From the NCBI GenBank assembly GCA_023434465.1, contig JAEYSQ010000082.1, positions 1,176 to 65,175 on the forward strand: 64,000 nt of DNA, in the 5' to 3' direction. Every line of letters starts with the position of its first letter. Positions within the stretch are counted from its first letter, which is position 1. Positions 9,229 to 17,905 of this stretch are shown piece by piece. The position numbers and the translations under genes are program-made. A model generated the notes under the pieces. It was not told the DNA's origin, did not search any database, and saw only the letters and a list, made by a program, of their open reading frames with translations. Source of the DNA: Actinomycetes bacterium (lineage in GTDB: Bacteria; Actinomycetota; Thermoleophilia; Solirubrobacterales; 70-9).

Positions 9229-10551
9229 ATGAAGAAGTTTCACGTCACCACCTTCGGGTGTCAGATGAACGAGCACGACTCGGAGCGGATGAAGGGGATG
9301 CTCACCTCGCTCGGCTACGCGGAATCAGCGGAGCGCGAGGGAGCGGACCTGATCCTCTTCAACACCTGCTCGATCCGGGAGAACGCGGACAATCGGTTCA
9401 TCTCCCATCTGGGCGAGGCGAAACGGCTGAAGAGGGAAGATCCCGAGCGCATCGTCGGAGTCGGCGGCTGCTGGGCACAGTCGGTCAAGGATGAGGTATT
9501 CCGACGCTTTCCGTTCGTCGACGTCGCCTTCGGTCCGGGGCAGATTCACAAGCTGGCCGAGTTCCTCAATTCCGACCAGCTGACCGCCCAGGGCTTCTTC
9601 GAGTTCGAGGATTTCGCCGGGCACCTTCCGGCTCACCGGGCCCGTCAGTTCCAGGGCTGGCTGCAGATCTCCCAGGGCTGCAACTGCGTCTGCTCGTACT
9701 GCATCGTGCCTTCGACAAGGGGCCGGGAGCAGAGCCGCGCCCCCCGGGAACTGTTGCTGGAAGCGGAGCGGCTAGCGGCCGACGGGGTACGCGAGCTCAC
9801 CCTGCTGGGTCAGAACGTCAACTCCTACGGCCGGGACCTGCCCCGGGAGAGCCGGATCCGCTTTTCCGAGCTGCTGGCCCTGATCGACGGGGTGGAAGGG
9901 ATTGACAGGGTCCGTTACACGAGTCCACACCCCAAGGACATGCGGGAGGACGTGATCGAGGCTCACGCGACGCTGCCGACCCTCTGTGAGCACATCCACC
10001 TGCCGCTCCAGTCCGGATCGAGTCCGATCCTCAAGAAGATGCGGCGGACCTACACACGAGAGCGCTACATGGACCGGGTCGAGATGATCCGTGAAAGGGT
10101 CCCTGACTGCGCGATCACCACCGATATCATCGTCGGATTCCCCGGCGAGACCGAGGCTGATTTCGAGCAGACCCTCGAAGTGGTCGAAGAGGTCGGTTAC
10201 GACGGCGCCTTCACCTTTGTCTATTCCCCGCGGCGTGGCACCCTGGCCGCGGAGATGGACGACCAGGTCGAGCATCCGGTCAAGGTCGAGCGCATGGAGC
10301 GTCTGGTCGAGGCGGTCCAGCGAAGGGCTCGGGAGCGCTCCCAGAGGTTTGTCGGCCGTAACATGGAAGTTCTGGTCGAGGGTCCGAGTCGCAACGACCC
10401 AACCCGGATCAGGGGCCGGATCCGACACAACAAGGCAGTCAACTTCGAAGGCACGGCGACACCGGGCCAACTGGTCGAAGTGGAGATCGCTTCGGCCACC
10501 TCGCAGACCCTGACCGGTAGCGAGCGACTGCTCAGCGGCATCGGCGTCTGA
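9229..10551 (+). CDS. miaB: tRNA-i6A37 methylthiotransferase MiaB (radical SAM)
   Basis: N-terminal Cys triad (FGCQMN, NTCSIRE, GGCWAQ), radical-SAM CNCVCSYC, and a TRAM-like C-terminus. Followed by miaA. Confidence 0.93.
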   Translation: MKKFHVTTFGCQMNEHDSERMKGMLTSLGYAESAEREGADLILFNTCSIRENADNRFISHLGEAKRLKREDPERIVGVGGCWAQSVKDEVFRRFPFVDVAFGPGQIHKLAEFLNSDQLTAQGFFEFEDFAGHLPAHRARQFQGWLQISQGCNCVCSYCIVPSTRGREQSRAPRELLLEAERLAADGVRELTLLGQNVNSYGRDLPRESRIRFSELLALIDGVEGIDRVRYTSPHPKDMREDVIEAHATLPTLCEHIHLPLQSGSSPILKKMRRTYTRERYMDRVEMIRERVPDCAITTDIIVGFPGETEADFEQTLEVVEEVGYDGAFTFVYSPRRGTLAAEMDDQVEHPVKVERMERLVEAVQRRARERSQRFVGRNMEVLVEGPSRNDPTRIRGRIRHNKAVNFEGTATPGQLVEVEIASATSQTLTGSERLLSGIGV

Positions 10552-10554
10552 ACC

Positions 10555-11499
10555 ATGTCCGATCTGCGACCGGGGGCCGACCAGCCACCGGTGATCGCGA
10601 TCTTCGGCCCGACCGGGATCGGCAAGACCGGCGTGGCGATCGAACTGGCCCGGCTCCTGCGGGAGCGGGGGGAGAACCCGGTAGCGATCAATTGCGACTC
10701 GATCCAGGTCTACGAGGGGCTTGAGGTGATCAGCGGTGCCGCTTCCCCCGAAGAGCGGCAGCTGCTCGAGCACCGGCTGCTTTCGTTCGTCCCGGTCGAT
10801 CAGGAGTTCAGCGCCGGAAGATTCGGTAACGCGGCCCGGGCGGAAATCGACCGGGCTTGCGAGGCCGGACGCCGGCCGATCCTGGTCGGTGGTACCGGTC
10901 TCTACCTGCGAGCGGCCTTGTCGGACCTCGAGATGCGTCCCCCGGTCGACCCTGAACTGCGACAGGAAGTTGAAGTCGAACTCGAAAACCGCGGCCCGCA
11001 GGCGCTCCACGCCGAGCTTCCCCCGGATCTCGCCAAGGCGGTGCACCCAAACGACCGCAAACGGATTGCCCGCCTGACCGAACTGATCCGCTCCGGTTCC
11101 GATCCACACCCGGACCACCAGGGAGGGGGGGAGCTTTGGACCTCGGCCCTTCGCCGCCCGACCCTGATCGTCGGCCTGGCCGAAGAGGACGAGCCGCTGG
11201 TCGCGAAGATCAGGCTGCGGGTAAGCCGGATGGAAAGGGCGGGTGCAGCAGACGAAGCGGAAAGAGCCCGGGAACTTGGTGCTGTAAGGACGGTCCGGGC
11301 GGCAATCGGGTTCGACGAGTTCGGGCAGGGTGATCTCGATCGAATCGTGCTCCAGCACCGGCGATACGGCCGGCGCCAGATGACCTGGATGCGAAAGATC
11401 GAGGGCATCACGGTCATCGACCGGACCGGACTCGGCGACACCGAAGTGGCCTCGCGGATCCTTGAACTCGCCGAACAGGTACCTTCCCGGGTCGCATGA
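10555..11499 (+). CDS. miaA: tRNA dimethylallyltransferase MiaA
   Basis: P-loop GPTGIGKTGVAIELA, with DSIQVYEGLEVISG and GGTGLYLRA. Confidence 0.93.
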   Translation: MSDLRPGADQPPVIAIFGPTGIGKTGVAIELARLLRERGENPVAINCDSIQVYEGLEVISGAASPEERQLLEHRLLSFVPVDQEFSAGRFGNAARAEIDRACEAGRRPILVGGTGLYLRAALSDLEMRPPVDPELRQEVEVELENRGPQALHAELPPDLAKAVHPNDRKRIARLTELIRSGSDPHPDHQGGGELWTSALRRPTLIVGLAEEDEPLVAKIRLRVSRMERAGAADEAERARELGAVRTVRAAIGFDEFGQGDLDRIVLQHRRYGRRQMTWMRKIEGITVIDRTGLGDTEVASRILELAEQVPSRVA

Positions 11500-12338
11500 A
11501 ATTCGAGAAATGGCAAGCACTCGGCAACGACTACGTGATCTTCGAAGCCGCGGATCTACCCTGGGAGACGACCGAGGCGCGCATCCAGCGAATTTGCGAC
11601 CCACACTTCGGAATCGGTTCCGACGGGGTTCTCCTGATCTCGGAGTCCAACGATCCGTCGATCGTCGCCGAACTCCGGATCTTCAACCCGGACGGGTCCG
11701 AGGCGGAGTTATCCGGCAACGGTGCCAGAGAGGCGATCCTCTACCTGAGGCGCCACGGCTGGACCGATGCCGACACCTTCACGATCATGACCGTCTCCGG
11801 TCCGATCACCCCGACCATCACCTCTGATCGCACCTGTTCGGTCGAGATGGGCCGGGCCTCGACCGAGTCCAAGGACTATCCCGACGGCTCGCCTGACGGT
11901 CGCGGCACGCTTGCTTTGGGCGACCGGGACTGGAAGTTCCAACATGTTTCGATCGGCAATCCCCAATGCGCGATCGAAGTCGGTGCCGATCTGGAAGAAC
12001 TCGATCTGGACCGGATCGGACCGGGAATCGAGCACAACGGGATTTTCCCCAACCGCACCAACGTTTCGTTCTACCGGGCTTCCGGTTCAAGGGTCAGGGC
12101 GCGGATATTCGAGCGCGGAGTCGGTGAGACCCTTTCCTCAGGCACCGGAGCGTCGGGGGCAGCGGTAGCCGCTTTCATCGCCGGCGCACCGAGTCCGATC
12201 ACGGTAGAGCTTGATGGCGGGGAGCTTCAGGTCGAGATCAGTGAGGATCTCGACGTGACGCTCACCGGTTGGGCTGAGCCAATCTTCGCGGGGGAGCTTT
12301 CGCCTGAGATGATTGCCGCAGTAGCAGACCTGGGTTGA
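11496..12338 (+). CDS. dapF: diaminopimelate-epimerase-fold protein (DapF homologue with both catalytic Cys replaced by Ser)
   Basis: GNDY, FNPDGSEAE-L-S-GNGAR, SIGNPQ, NRTNVSF and ERGVGETLS-S-GTGAS align with DapF. It sits in the conserved position after miaA. See the finding on the Ser73/Ser215 substitutions. Confidence 0.85.
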   Translation: MKFEKWQALGNDYVIFEAADLPWETTEARIQRICDPHFGIGSDGVLLISESNDPSIVAELRIFNPDGSEAELSGNGAREAILYLRRHGWTDADTFTIMTVSGPITPTITSDRTCSVEMGRASTESKDYPDGSPDGRGTLALGDRDWKFQHVSIGNPQCAIEVGADLEELDLDRIGPGIEHNGIFPNRTNVSFYRASGSRVRARIFERGVGETLSSGTGASGAAVAAFIAGAPSPITVELDGGELQVEISEDLDVTLTGWAEPIFAGELSPEMIAAVADLG

Positions 12339-12379
12339 ACCCCGGGCACTGGAACCATCGATCCGATCAAGGAGAAACC

Positions 12380-13549
12380 GTGGCGCTGACCGATCCATCG
12401 AGGCGACTTCAGGCGATGCCGCCTTACATGTTCGCCGAACTCGAAAAGAAGATCGCGGACAAACGGGCGGCCGGGATCGACGTGATCAGCCTGGGGATCG
12501 GTGATCCGGACCACGCGACCTACCCGCATGTGGTCAGGGCGATGCAGGAAGCGGTTGCTGACCGCGCGAACCAGAACTATCCGAGCAACCGTGGCCGCGA
12601 GGAATTTCGCCGGTCCTTCGCCGACTTCTACCGGGACCGGTTCGGAGTCGAGATCGATCCCGAAGCGGAAGTGATACCCGCGATCGGTGCCAAGGAGTGC
12701 ATCTACAACCTCTGCTTTGCTTTCCTCGACCCGGGTGATGTCGCGCTGGCTTCCGACCCCGGATATCCCGTCTACACCGGCGGTCCGATCCTGGCCGGAG
12801 CCGAAGCCGTGCTCCTTCCGCTGAAGGAGAAGCTTGGTTTTGCCCCGGACCTCGACGCGATCGACGCCCAGACCGCAGAGCGAGCCCGGCTTCTCTTCCT
12901 CAATTACCCGAACAATCCCTCCGGCGCGATCGTGCCCGAGGGGTTTTTCGAGAAGGTTGTCGATTTCGCTCGCGAGAACGAGATCCTCGTAGTCCATGAC
13001 AACGCCTATTCGGAAACCACCTACGACGGTTACGTTGCTCCGAGCTTTCTTGCCACTCCCGGTGCGAAGGAAGTCGGAGTCGAGGTCTTCTCGCTTTCCA
13101 AGGGCTACAACATGACCGGCTGGCGGGTCGGGGCGATCCTCGGCAACGCTGACGCGATCGCGACCTACTGGCGGTTGAAGACGAATGTCGATTCAGGGCT
13201 CTTCGAAGCGATCCAGATCGCCGCTGCGGCCGCTCTCGACGGTCCGTCCACCGCGCTCGACGAAATGAACGCGATCTACGCCCGCCGTCGTGACCTCACG
13301 GTCGACACGCTGCGGGCGATCGGCGTCGACGTGAAGAGTCCGAAAGGCACGATCTACGTCTGGGCCCCGGTACCGGACGGATACACCTCGACCAGCTTCT
13401 GCGAGAAGGTTCTGGAAGAGGCTGCGGTAGTGATCTCACCGGGGTCGATGTACGGCCGAAGCGGAGAAGGCTACTTCCGGATCTCCCTCACGACTCCAGA
13501 CGAGCGCCTGACCGAAGCACTCGAACGGATGAGGGAACACCTCGCCTAG
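12380..13549 (+). CDS. dapL: class I PLP aminotransferase, LL-diaminopimelate aminotransferase (DapL)-like
   Basis: The N-terminus LQAMPPYMFAELEKKIADKRAAGIDVISLGIGDPD matches my memory of the DapL-type family. PLP lysine motif SLSKGYNMTGWR. GTG 12380 is preceded by AAGGAG. The neighbourhood with dapF supports the call; the exact substrate is unproven. Confidence 0.65.
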   Translation: MALTDPSRRLQAMPPYMFAELEKKIADKRAAGIDVISLGIGDPDHATYPHVVRAMQEAVADRANQNYPSNRGREEFRRSFADFYRDRFGVEIDPEAEVIPAIGAKECIYNLCFAFLDPGDVALASDPGYPVYTGGPILAGAEAVLLPLKEKLGFAPDLDAIDAQTAERARLLFLNYPNNPSGAIVPEGFFEKVVDFARENEILVVHDNAYSETTYDGYVAPSFLATPGAKEVGVEVFSLSKGYNMTGWRVGAILGNADAIATYWRLKTNVDSGLFEAIQIAAAAALDGPSTALDEMNAIYARRRDLTVDTLRAIGVDVKSPKGTIYVWAPVPDGYTSTSFCEKVLEEAAVVISPGSMYGRSGEGYFRISLTTPDERLTEALERMREHLA

Positions 13550-14544
13550 AGGCGTCCTTCGGCCTCGAGGGTCTGGCGGAGACCGGTCTTCACGTCGCGG
13601 GGATGCCAGCCGAGTTCGGTCCGCGCCTTCGAGGCGTCAGCCCAGAAAGTGACACCGTCGGCTGAGCTGATTAGTTCCGCCAGGTTCGGTGGCTGGTCCA
13701 TGATCTTTCCGACCAGCGGTCCAATCGGCCTGAGGGCCTTGAGGAAGACGGTCGGCATTTTCCTCTTCGGCACCCTCTTGCCGGTGATCTCGCCGACCGT
13801 TTCGAGGGCCTGGCGCATCGTGAAGTTGCCGGCGTTGAGGATGTAGCTCTCTCCGACCTCGCCCTTGTCGAGCGCGAGCGCGATGCCAGCTGCAATGTCC
13901 TCGACGTGGGTCAGACCGGTACCGAACTCGGGGAACGGCATCAACGGCAGCTTGCCGTCAAGGAACTGGTGGATGGTCGAGCCAAGTTCGGAGTGGTCTT
14001 CCGGTCCGTAGACGCCGCCGGGCTGGACGATCACACAGGGCAGGTTGCGCGTCTTGATCAGGTTGAGCGCGATCTGATGCGCCTCATACTTCGTTTCCTC
14101 ATAAACCGAGGTGAACTGGAGTCCGTCCGATCCGTCGAGGTCGGGGCGACGGAAGTCCTCACTCGCCACCTGTTGCTGGGTATTGCCGAAGACAGCGCAG
14201 GTCGAGACGTAAAGCACCCGGGGGATACCGGCCTCGAGAGCGGCTTCCAGCGTGTTCGCAGTTCCTTCGACATTCGCCTTGCGCAGCACCGGGGCCCGTT
14301 CCTTCGGGATCCCGACCTCATAGAGAGCGGCGTTGTGAAGCAGCGCGTCGTGTCCGTCCATCTGTTCGGCCAGTCGTGGCCGGGACGACAGGTCACCATC
14401 CACCAGCTCGCAGCCGAGGGTCTCGAGGCCCGTTGCCTTCGAGCGGTCCCGGACCAGACACGTCACCTGATGACCCTGCTCCACGAGGTGTCTGGCGGTC
14501 GCTCCGCCGATGAATCCGGTCGCTCCCGTCATGAAAATCTTCAT
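13546..14544 (-). CDS. NAD-dependent epimerase/dehydratase family protein
   Basis: GATGFIGG Rossmann motif and YEETK (YxxxK); 332 aa. Confidence 0.85.
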   Translation of the reverse strand: MKIFMTGATGFIGGATARHLVEQGHQVTCLVRDRSKATGLETLGCELVDGDLSSRPRLAEQMDGHDALLHNAALYEVGIPKERAPVLRKANVEGTANTLEAALEAGIPRVLYVSTCAVFGNTQQQVASEDFRRPDLDGSDGLQFTSVYEETKYEAHQIALNLIKTRNLPCVIVQPGGVYGPEDHSELGSTIHQFLDGKLPLMPFPEFGTGLTHVEDIAAGIALALDKGEVGESYILNAGNFTMRQALETVGEITGKRVPKRKMPTVFLKALRPIGPLVGKIMDQPPNLAELISSADGVTFWADASKARTELGWHPRDVKTGLRQTLEAEGRL

Positions 14545-14579
14545 GGAGGGGAGCGTAGCGCGCGGATGAGCTATCTAGG

Positions 14580-15854
14580 ATGCAGTCAGTGACCGAATCA
14601 GTTGACAACGCAGCCGCCCGCCGAGCCAAGCAGCGGGCCGTGATGATCGCGGTCGACACGACCGGCGACACGAGCGTGGACGAACTCGGCGAGCTGCTCC
14701 GGACCGCCGGCGTGGCCACGGTCGGGGAAATGATCCAGAGCCGCAGCGAACCCGACCCCGACCGTTACTTCGGCCGGGGGAAGCTCGAAGAGCTCAGGGA
14801 GGAGATCAAACGTACCGGCGCCAACCTGGTTGCCTGCGACGACGAGTTGGCTCCACGCCAGGAGCGGAACCTGGAGGCGGCGCTCGAGGTCCCGGTGATC
14901 GACCGGACGGCGGTGATTCTCGACATCTTCGCCGATCACGCCCACTCTGCTGAAGGCAAGCTTCAGGTCGAACTGGCCCAGCTCGAGTACAACCTGGCCC
15001 GGATGCGGGGGCTCTGGACCCACCTCGAACGACTCGGGGCAGGGATCGGCACGAGGGGACCGGGCGAATCCCAGATCGAAACCGACCGCCGGCTCGCCCG
15101 CGACCGGATCGCCGCGCTCCGACGGAGACTTCGTCACGTCGAGCAGAACCGCGGGGTCATGCGCAGCCGCCGGCAGGATTCCTCGCTGCCGCAGGTTGCG
15201 CTCGCCGGTTACACGAACGCCGGAAAGTCGACCCTGCTCAACGCCCTTACCGGGGCGGGAATCAGCGTCGCCGACCGGCTTTTCCACACGCTCGATCCGA
15301 CCACCCGGGCCTTCGAATACGAAGGCCGCCGATACCTGATCACCGACACTGTCGGCTTCATCGAGAAGCTGCCACATCAGGTGGTCGAAGCGTTCAAGGC
15401 AACCCTGGAAGAAACGGTGCTGGCCGACCTGATTCTGCATGTGGTCGATTCATCCTCCGGCGAGGAACGAATGCGGGCCGAGATGGCCGCTGCCGATGAG
15501 GTCCTGACCGAGATCGGGGCCGGCGACAAACCTCGCCTTCTGGTCTTGAACAAGATCGATCTGCTGGATCAGGATCAACGAGCGGAAGTCAGGATCGACC
15601 ATCCCGATGCAGTGCCGGTCTCGGCAGTCACCGGTGAAGGACTGGAGAGTTTGCGGGCCGCGATGGAGCGCGCATTCGAACAGACGATGACCCCGGTCGA
15701 GCTGCTCGTTCCGTACTCGGAAGGGTCCCGGCTGCACGAGCTTCATGAAGTTGCCGGCAAGGTCGAACGTGAAGAAGGGCCCGAAGGCGTACTGGTGCGA
15801 ACCCGCCTGCCAATCGGCGAGATGCACCGCTTCGCCGACTTGGTTACCAGCTGA
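14580..15854 (+). CDS. hflX: GTPase HflX
   Basis: HflX N-terminal domain (LDIFADHAHSAEGKLQVELAQL) and G motifs GYTNAGKST, DTVGF, NKID. Confidence 0.93.
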   Translation: MQSVTESVDNAAARRAKQRAVMIAVDTTGDTSVDELGELLRTAGVATVGEMIQSRSEPDPDRYFGRGKLEELREEIKRTGANLVACDDELAPRQERNLEAALEVPVIDRTAVILDIFADHAHSAEGKLQVELAQLEYNLARMRGLWTHLERLGAGIGTRGPGESQIETDRRLARDRIAALRRRLRHVEQNRGVMRSRRQDSSLPQVALAGYTNAGKSTLLNALTGAGISVADRLFHTLDPTTRAFEYEGRRYLITDTVGFIEKLPHQVVEAFKATLEETVLADLILHVVDSSSGEERMRAEMAAADEVLTEIGAGDKPRLLVLNKIDLLDQDQRAEVRIDHPDAVPVSAVTGEGLESLRAAMERAFEQTMTPVELLVPYSEGSRLHELHEVAGKVEREEGPEGVLVRTRLPIGEMHRFADLVTS

Positions 15855-15919
15855 GCGCGCCAGGCCAGAATTCAGGCGCCCCTGCTTGCGGCCGCGGAGC
15901 GGCTGTAGAGTCCGCTCCG

Positions 15920-16351
15920 ATGGAACTCAAGGTTCAGCTGCTCAGTGATTCCGCAACCCTGCCGACCCGGGCCCACGACGGTGACGCCGGGCTGGACCTC
16001 TACGCCTCCGAACCGGCTCACATCGGTCCCGGTGAGCGCTGGCAGGTGGCGACCGGGGTTGCGGTCGAGATCCCCGAGGGACACGCCGGGCTCGTGTTGC
16101 CCCGTTCTGGACTCGCCCGAAGGCATGGCATCTCCCTGGTCAACGCGCCTGGTCTGATCGATTCCGGCTACCGGGGCGAAGTCAAGGTCCTGCTCCTCAA
16201 CAACGATCCGGCCGAAGTGTTCCGCATCAACCCCGGTGATCGCATCGCGCAACTGGTGATTACCCCGGTCGCAAGCGCCGATCCGGTCGCGGCCGAGGCC
16301 CTAAGCGGTACCGACCGGGGCGAGAGCGGCTTCGGCTCAACCGGCCGCTAA
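15920..16351 (+). CDS. dut: dUTP diphosphatase
   Basis: All five dUTPase motifs are present: AGLDLYA, PRSGLA, GLIDSGYRGEV, GDRIAQLV, RGESGFGSTG. Confidence 0.93.
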   Translation: MELKVQLLSDSATLPTRAHDGDAGLDLYASEPAHIGPGERWQVATGVAVEIPEGHAGLVLPRSGLARRHGISLVNAPGLIDSGYRGEVKVLLLNNDPAEVFRINPGDRIAQLVITPVASADPVAAEALSGTDRGESGFGSTGR

Positions 16352-16399
16352 GAGACACGGAGCGGGTAGCGAAACGAAACTATCGTTCCGTCCACGGGT

Positions 16400-17134
16400 C
16401 TAACCGGCCCTGGCGGCGGTGAGCGCGGCCTGGTGGGCGGACTCTTCGAGGGTGTCGTCCAGGCGTTCGAGTTCCGGTTTCTCGCCGTGATGGTGTTCGA
16501 GACCGGTAGCGATCAGGTGGTCGGCCAGCCACGCGTTCTTCGGTAGCAGCGGGCCGTGAAGGTAGGTGCCGATCAGGTTGTCTTCCTTGACGCCTTCGTA
16601 GCCGTCGCTGCCGTTGTTGCCGTGGCCGTGGATGACCTTGCCCAGCGGGGTGGCCTCGCCGAGTCGGGTCCTGCCGCCGTGGTTCTCGAAACCGGCGAGG
16701 ACCTTCGGTTCACCGTCGAGGTTGACCTCGATCGCGACCGGGCCGATCAGACGGGGCCCGGGTTCGCGGACCGTGGTCAGGTCGACCAGACCGAGCCCTT
16801 CGATTTTCTCGCCGTCGAGCTCGTATGACTCTCCGAGCAGCTGGTAGCCGCCACAGACCGCGAGGATCGCGGCACCGCCGTCCTTGGCCACCCGCATCAC
16901 GTCCCGCTTCGTCTCGACCAGGTCCCGGGCGACCGCCTTCTGGTCGCGGTCCTGGCCACCGCCCATGTAGAGCAGGTCGAACCCTTCCGGATCGAAGCGC
17001 TCCCCGGGGCCGCATCGGGTCACCTCGAACTCGATGCCGCGCCACTCGCAACGGTGCTGGAGAAAGAGGATGTTGCCCCGGTCCGCATAGATGTTCATCT
17101 GATCCGGGTAGAGACTGAGCAGGCGGAGCTTCAT
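16400..17134 (-). CDS. gatD: lipid II isoglutaminyl synthase, glutaminase subunit GatD (CobQ-type GATase)
   Basis: MKLRLLSLYPDQMNIYADRGN..., nucleophile AVCGGYQLLG, and YLHGPLLPKN. It shares an operon with murT. Confidence 0.85.
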   Translation of the reverse strand: MKLRLLSLYPDQMNIYADRGNILFLQHRCEWRGIEFEVTRCGPGERFDPEGFDLLYMGGGQDRDQKAVARDLVETKRDVMRVAKDGGAAILAVCGGYQLLGESYELDGEKIEGLGLVDLTTVREPGPRLIGPVAIEVNLDGEPKVLAGFENHGGRTRLGEATPLGKVIHGHGNNGSDGYEGVKEDNLIGTYLHGPLLPKNAWLADHLIATGLEHHHGEKPELERLDDTLEESAHQAALTAARAG

Positions 17135-17143
17135 GGGAAAAGC

Positions 17144-17905
17144 CTAGAGGTCGGTGTGCTCTCCACGGTGGCGGGCGACGAGAACCACGGTCGCTATGTG
17201 GCGGTCGGTTTCGGGAATCTCGATGGTCCGAACCGCCTCGAGACCGGCCTCTTCGATTTCTTCGGCCAGTGTGAAGCGGTCCATCCGGGTGAGCATGACG
17301 CTGTCCCGGGATTCCGAGAGGGTGCCGTCGGGGGAGACGATCTGGCGCAGGCGGATCACCGTGAGCGAACCATGGTCGGATTCGACCGCGACTGGCCGGC
17401 TCGCGTAAACCCAGTCGCCGATCTCTCGCACGTCGGGAAGGACATCGACCGGACGGGATTCCTCGCTGATCCACTCGGAGATCGCGAAGGCGGCGGTTCC
17501 TCCGGGTGAGAGCCGGTCCCTCGTCCCGGCGATCACCGCGTGGCGGGCCGCTTCGCCACCAACTATGTGGAGCAGCTGTTGCGGCGCGATGACGGCCTCG
17601 AACCGGTCACGACCGAGATCGAGTCCGGGAAGTTCCGTGACCTGACCGGTGATCGCCGCAACAGATTCGTTCCCGGAAAGGCGGTTCAGTTCACCGACCA
17701 GCGTCGGGTCGCAATCGACCCCGGTGACTTCCCGTCCGGTTCTGGCGAGGTGCCGTGCCACCCTGCCAATTCCACAGCCCAGGTCCAGCACCGAGCGCGA
17801 ATCGGCGGTCAACTCGGTCCATACGGACAGGTCGGCCGTATAACCGCAGGATTCGACCAACTGCCAGATCGCGGCCTCGGGTGAATCTTGATCGGCGAGA
17901 ATCAA
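17144..17905 (-). CDS. class I SAM-dependent methyltransferase
   Basis: Motif I VLDLGCGIGRVARHL and motif post-I VTGVDCD. The TTG start overlaps the murT stop (TTGA). Its stop lies 9 nt before the gatD ATG. Confidence 0.75.
   Translation of the reverse strand: MILADQDSPEAAIWQLVESCGYTADLSVWTELTADSRSVLDLGCGIGRVARHLARTGREVTGVDCDPTLVGELNRLSGNESVAAITGQVTELPGLDLGRDRFEAVIAPQQLLHIVGGEAARHAVIAGTRDRLSPGGTAAFAISEWISEESRPVDVLPDVREIGDWVYASRPVAVESDHGSLTVIRLRQIVSPDGTLSESRDSVMLTRMDRFTLAEEIEEAGLEAVRTIEIPETDRHIATVVLVARHRGEHTDL

Noticed and set aside
9772-11604. 610-aa minus-strand ORF antisense to miaB/miaA
   Set aside because: Same reasoning. The opposite strand carries unambiguous MiaB and MiaA motifs, and the antisense product is compositionally biased and motif-free.
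15896-15918. Hairpin GGAGCGG-ctgtagagt-CCGCTCC ending 1 nt before the dut ATG (possible translational control)
   Set aside because: It is a short 7-bp stem in GC-rich DNA with no T-tract, no obvious SD to sequester, and no known regulatory precedent. Most likely fortuitous.
16371-16390. gaaacgaaactatcgttccg, which looked superficially like a LexA/Cheo half-palindrome
   Set aside because: It does not fit GAAC-N4-GTTC. It lies between the convergent 3' ends of dut and gatD, where an operator makes no sense.
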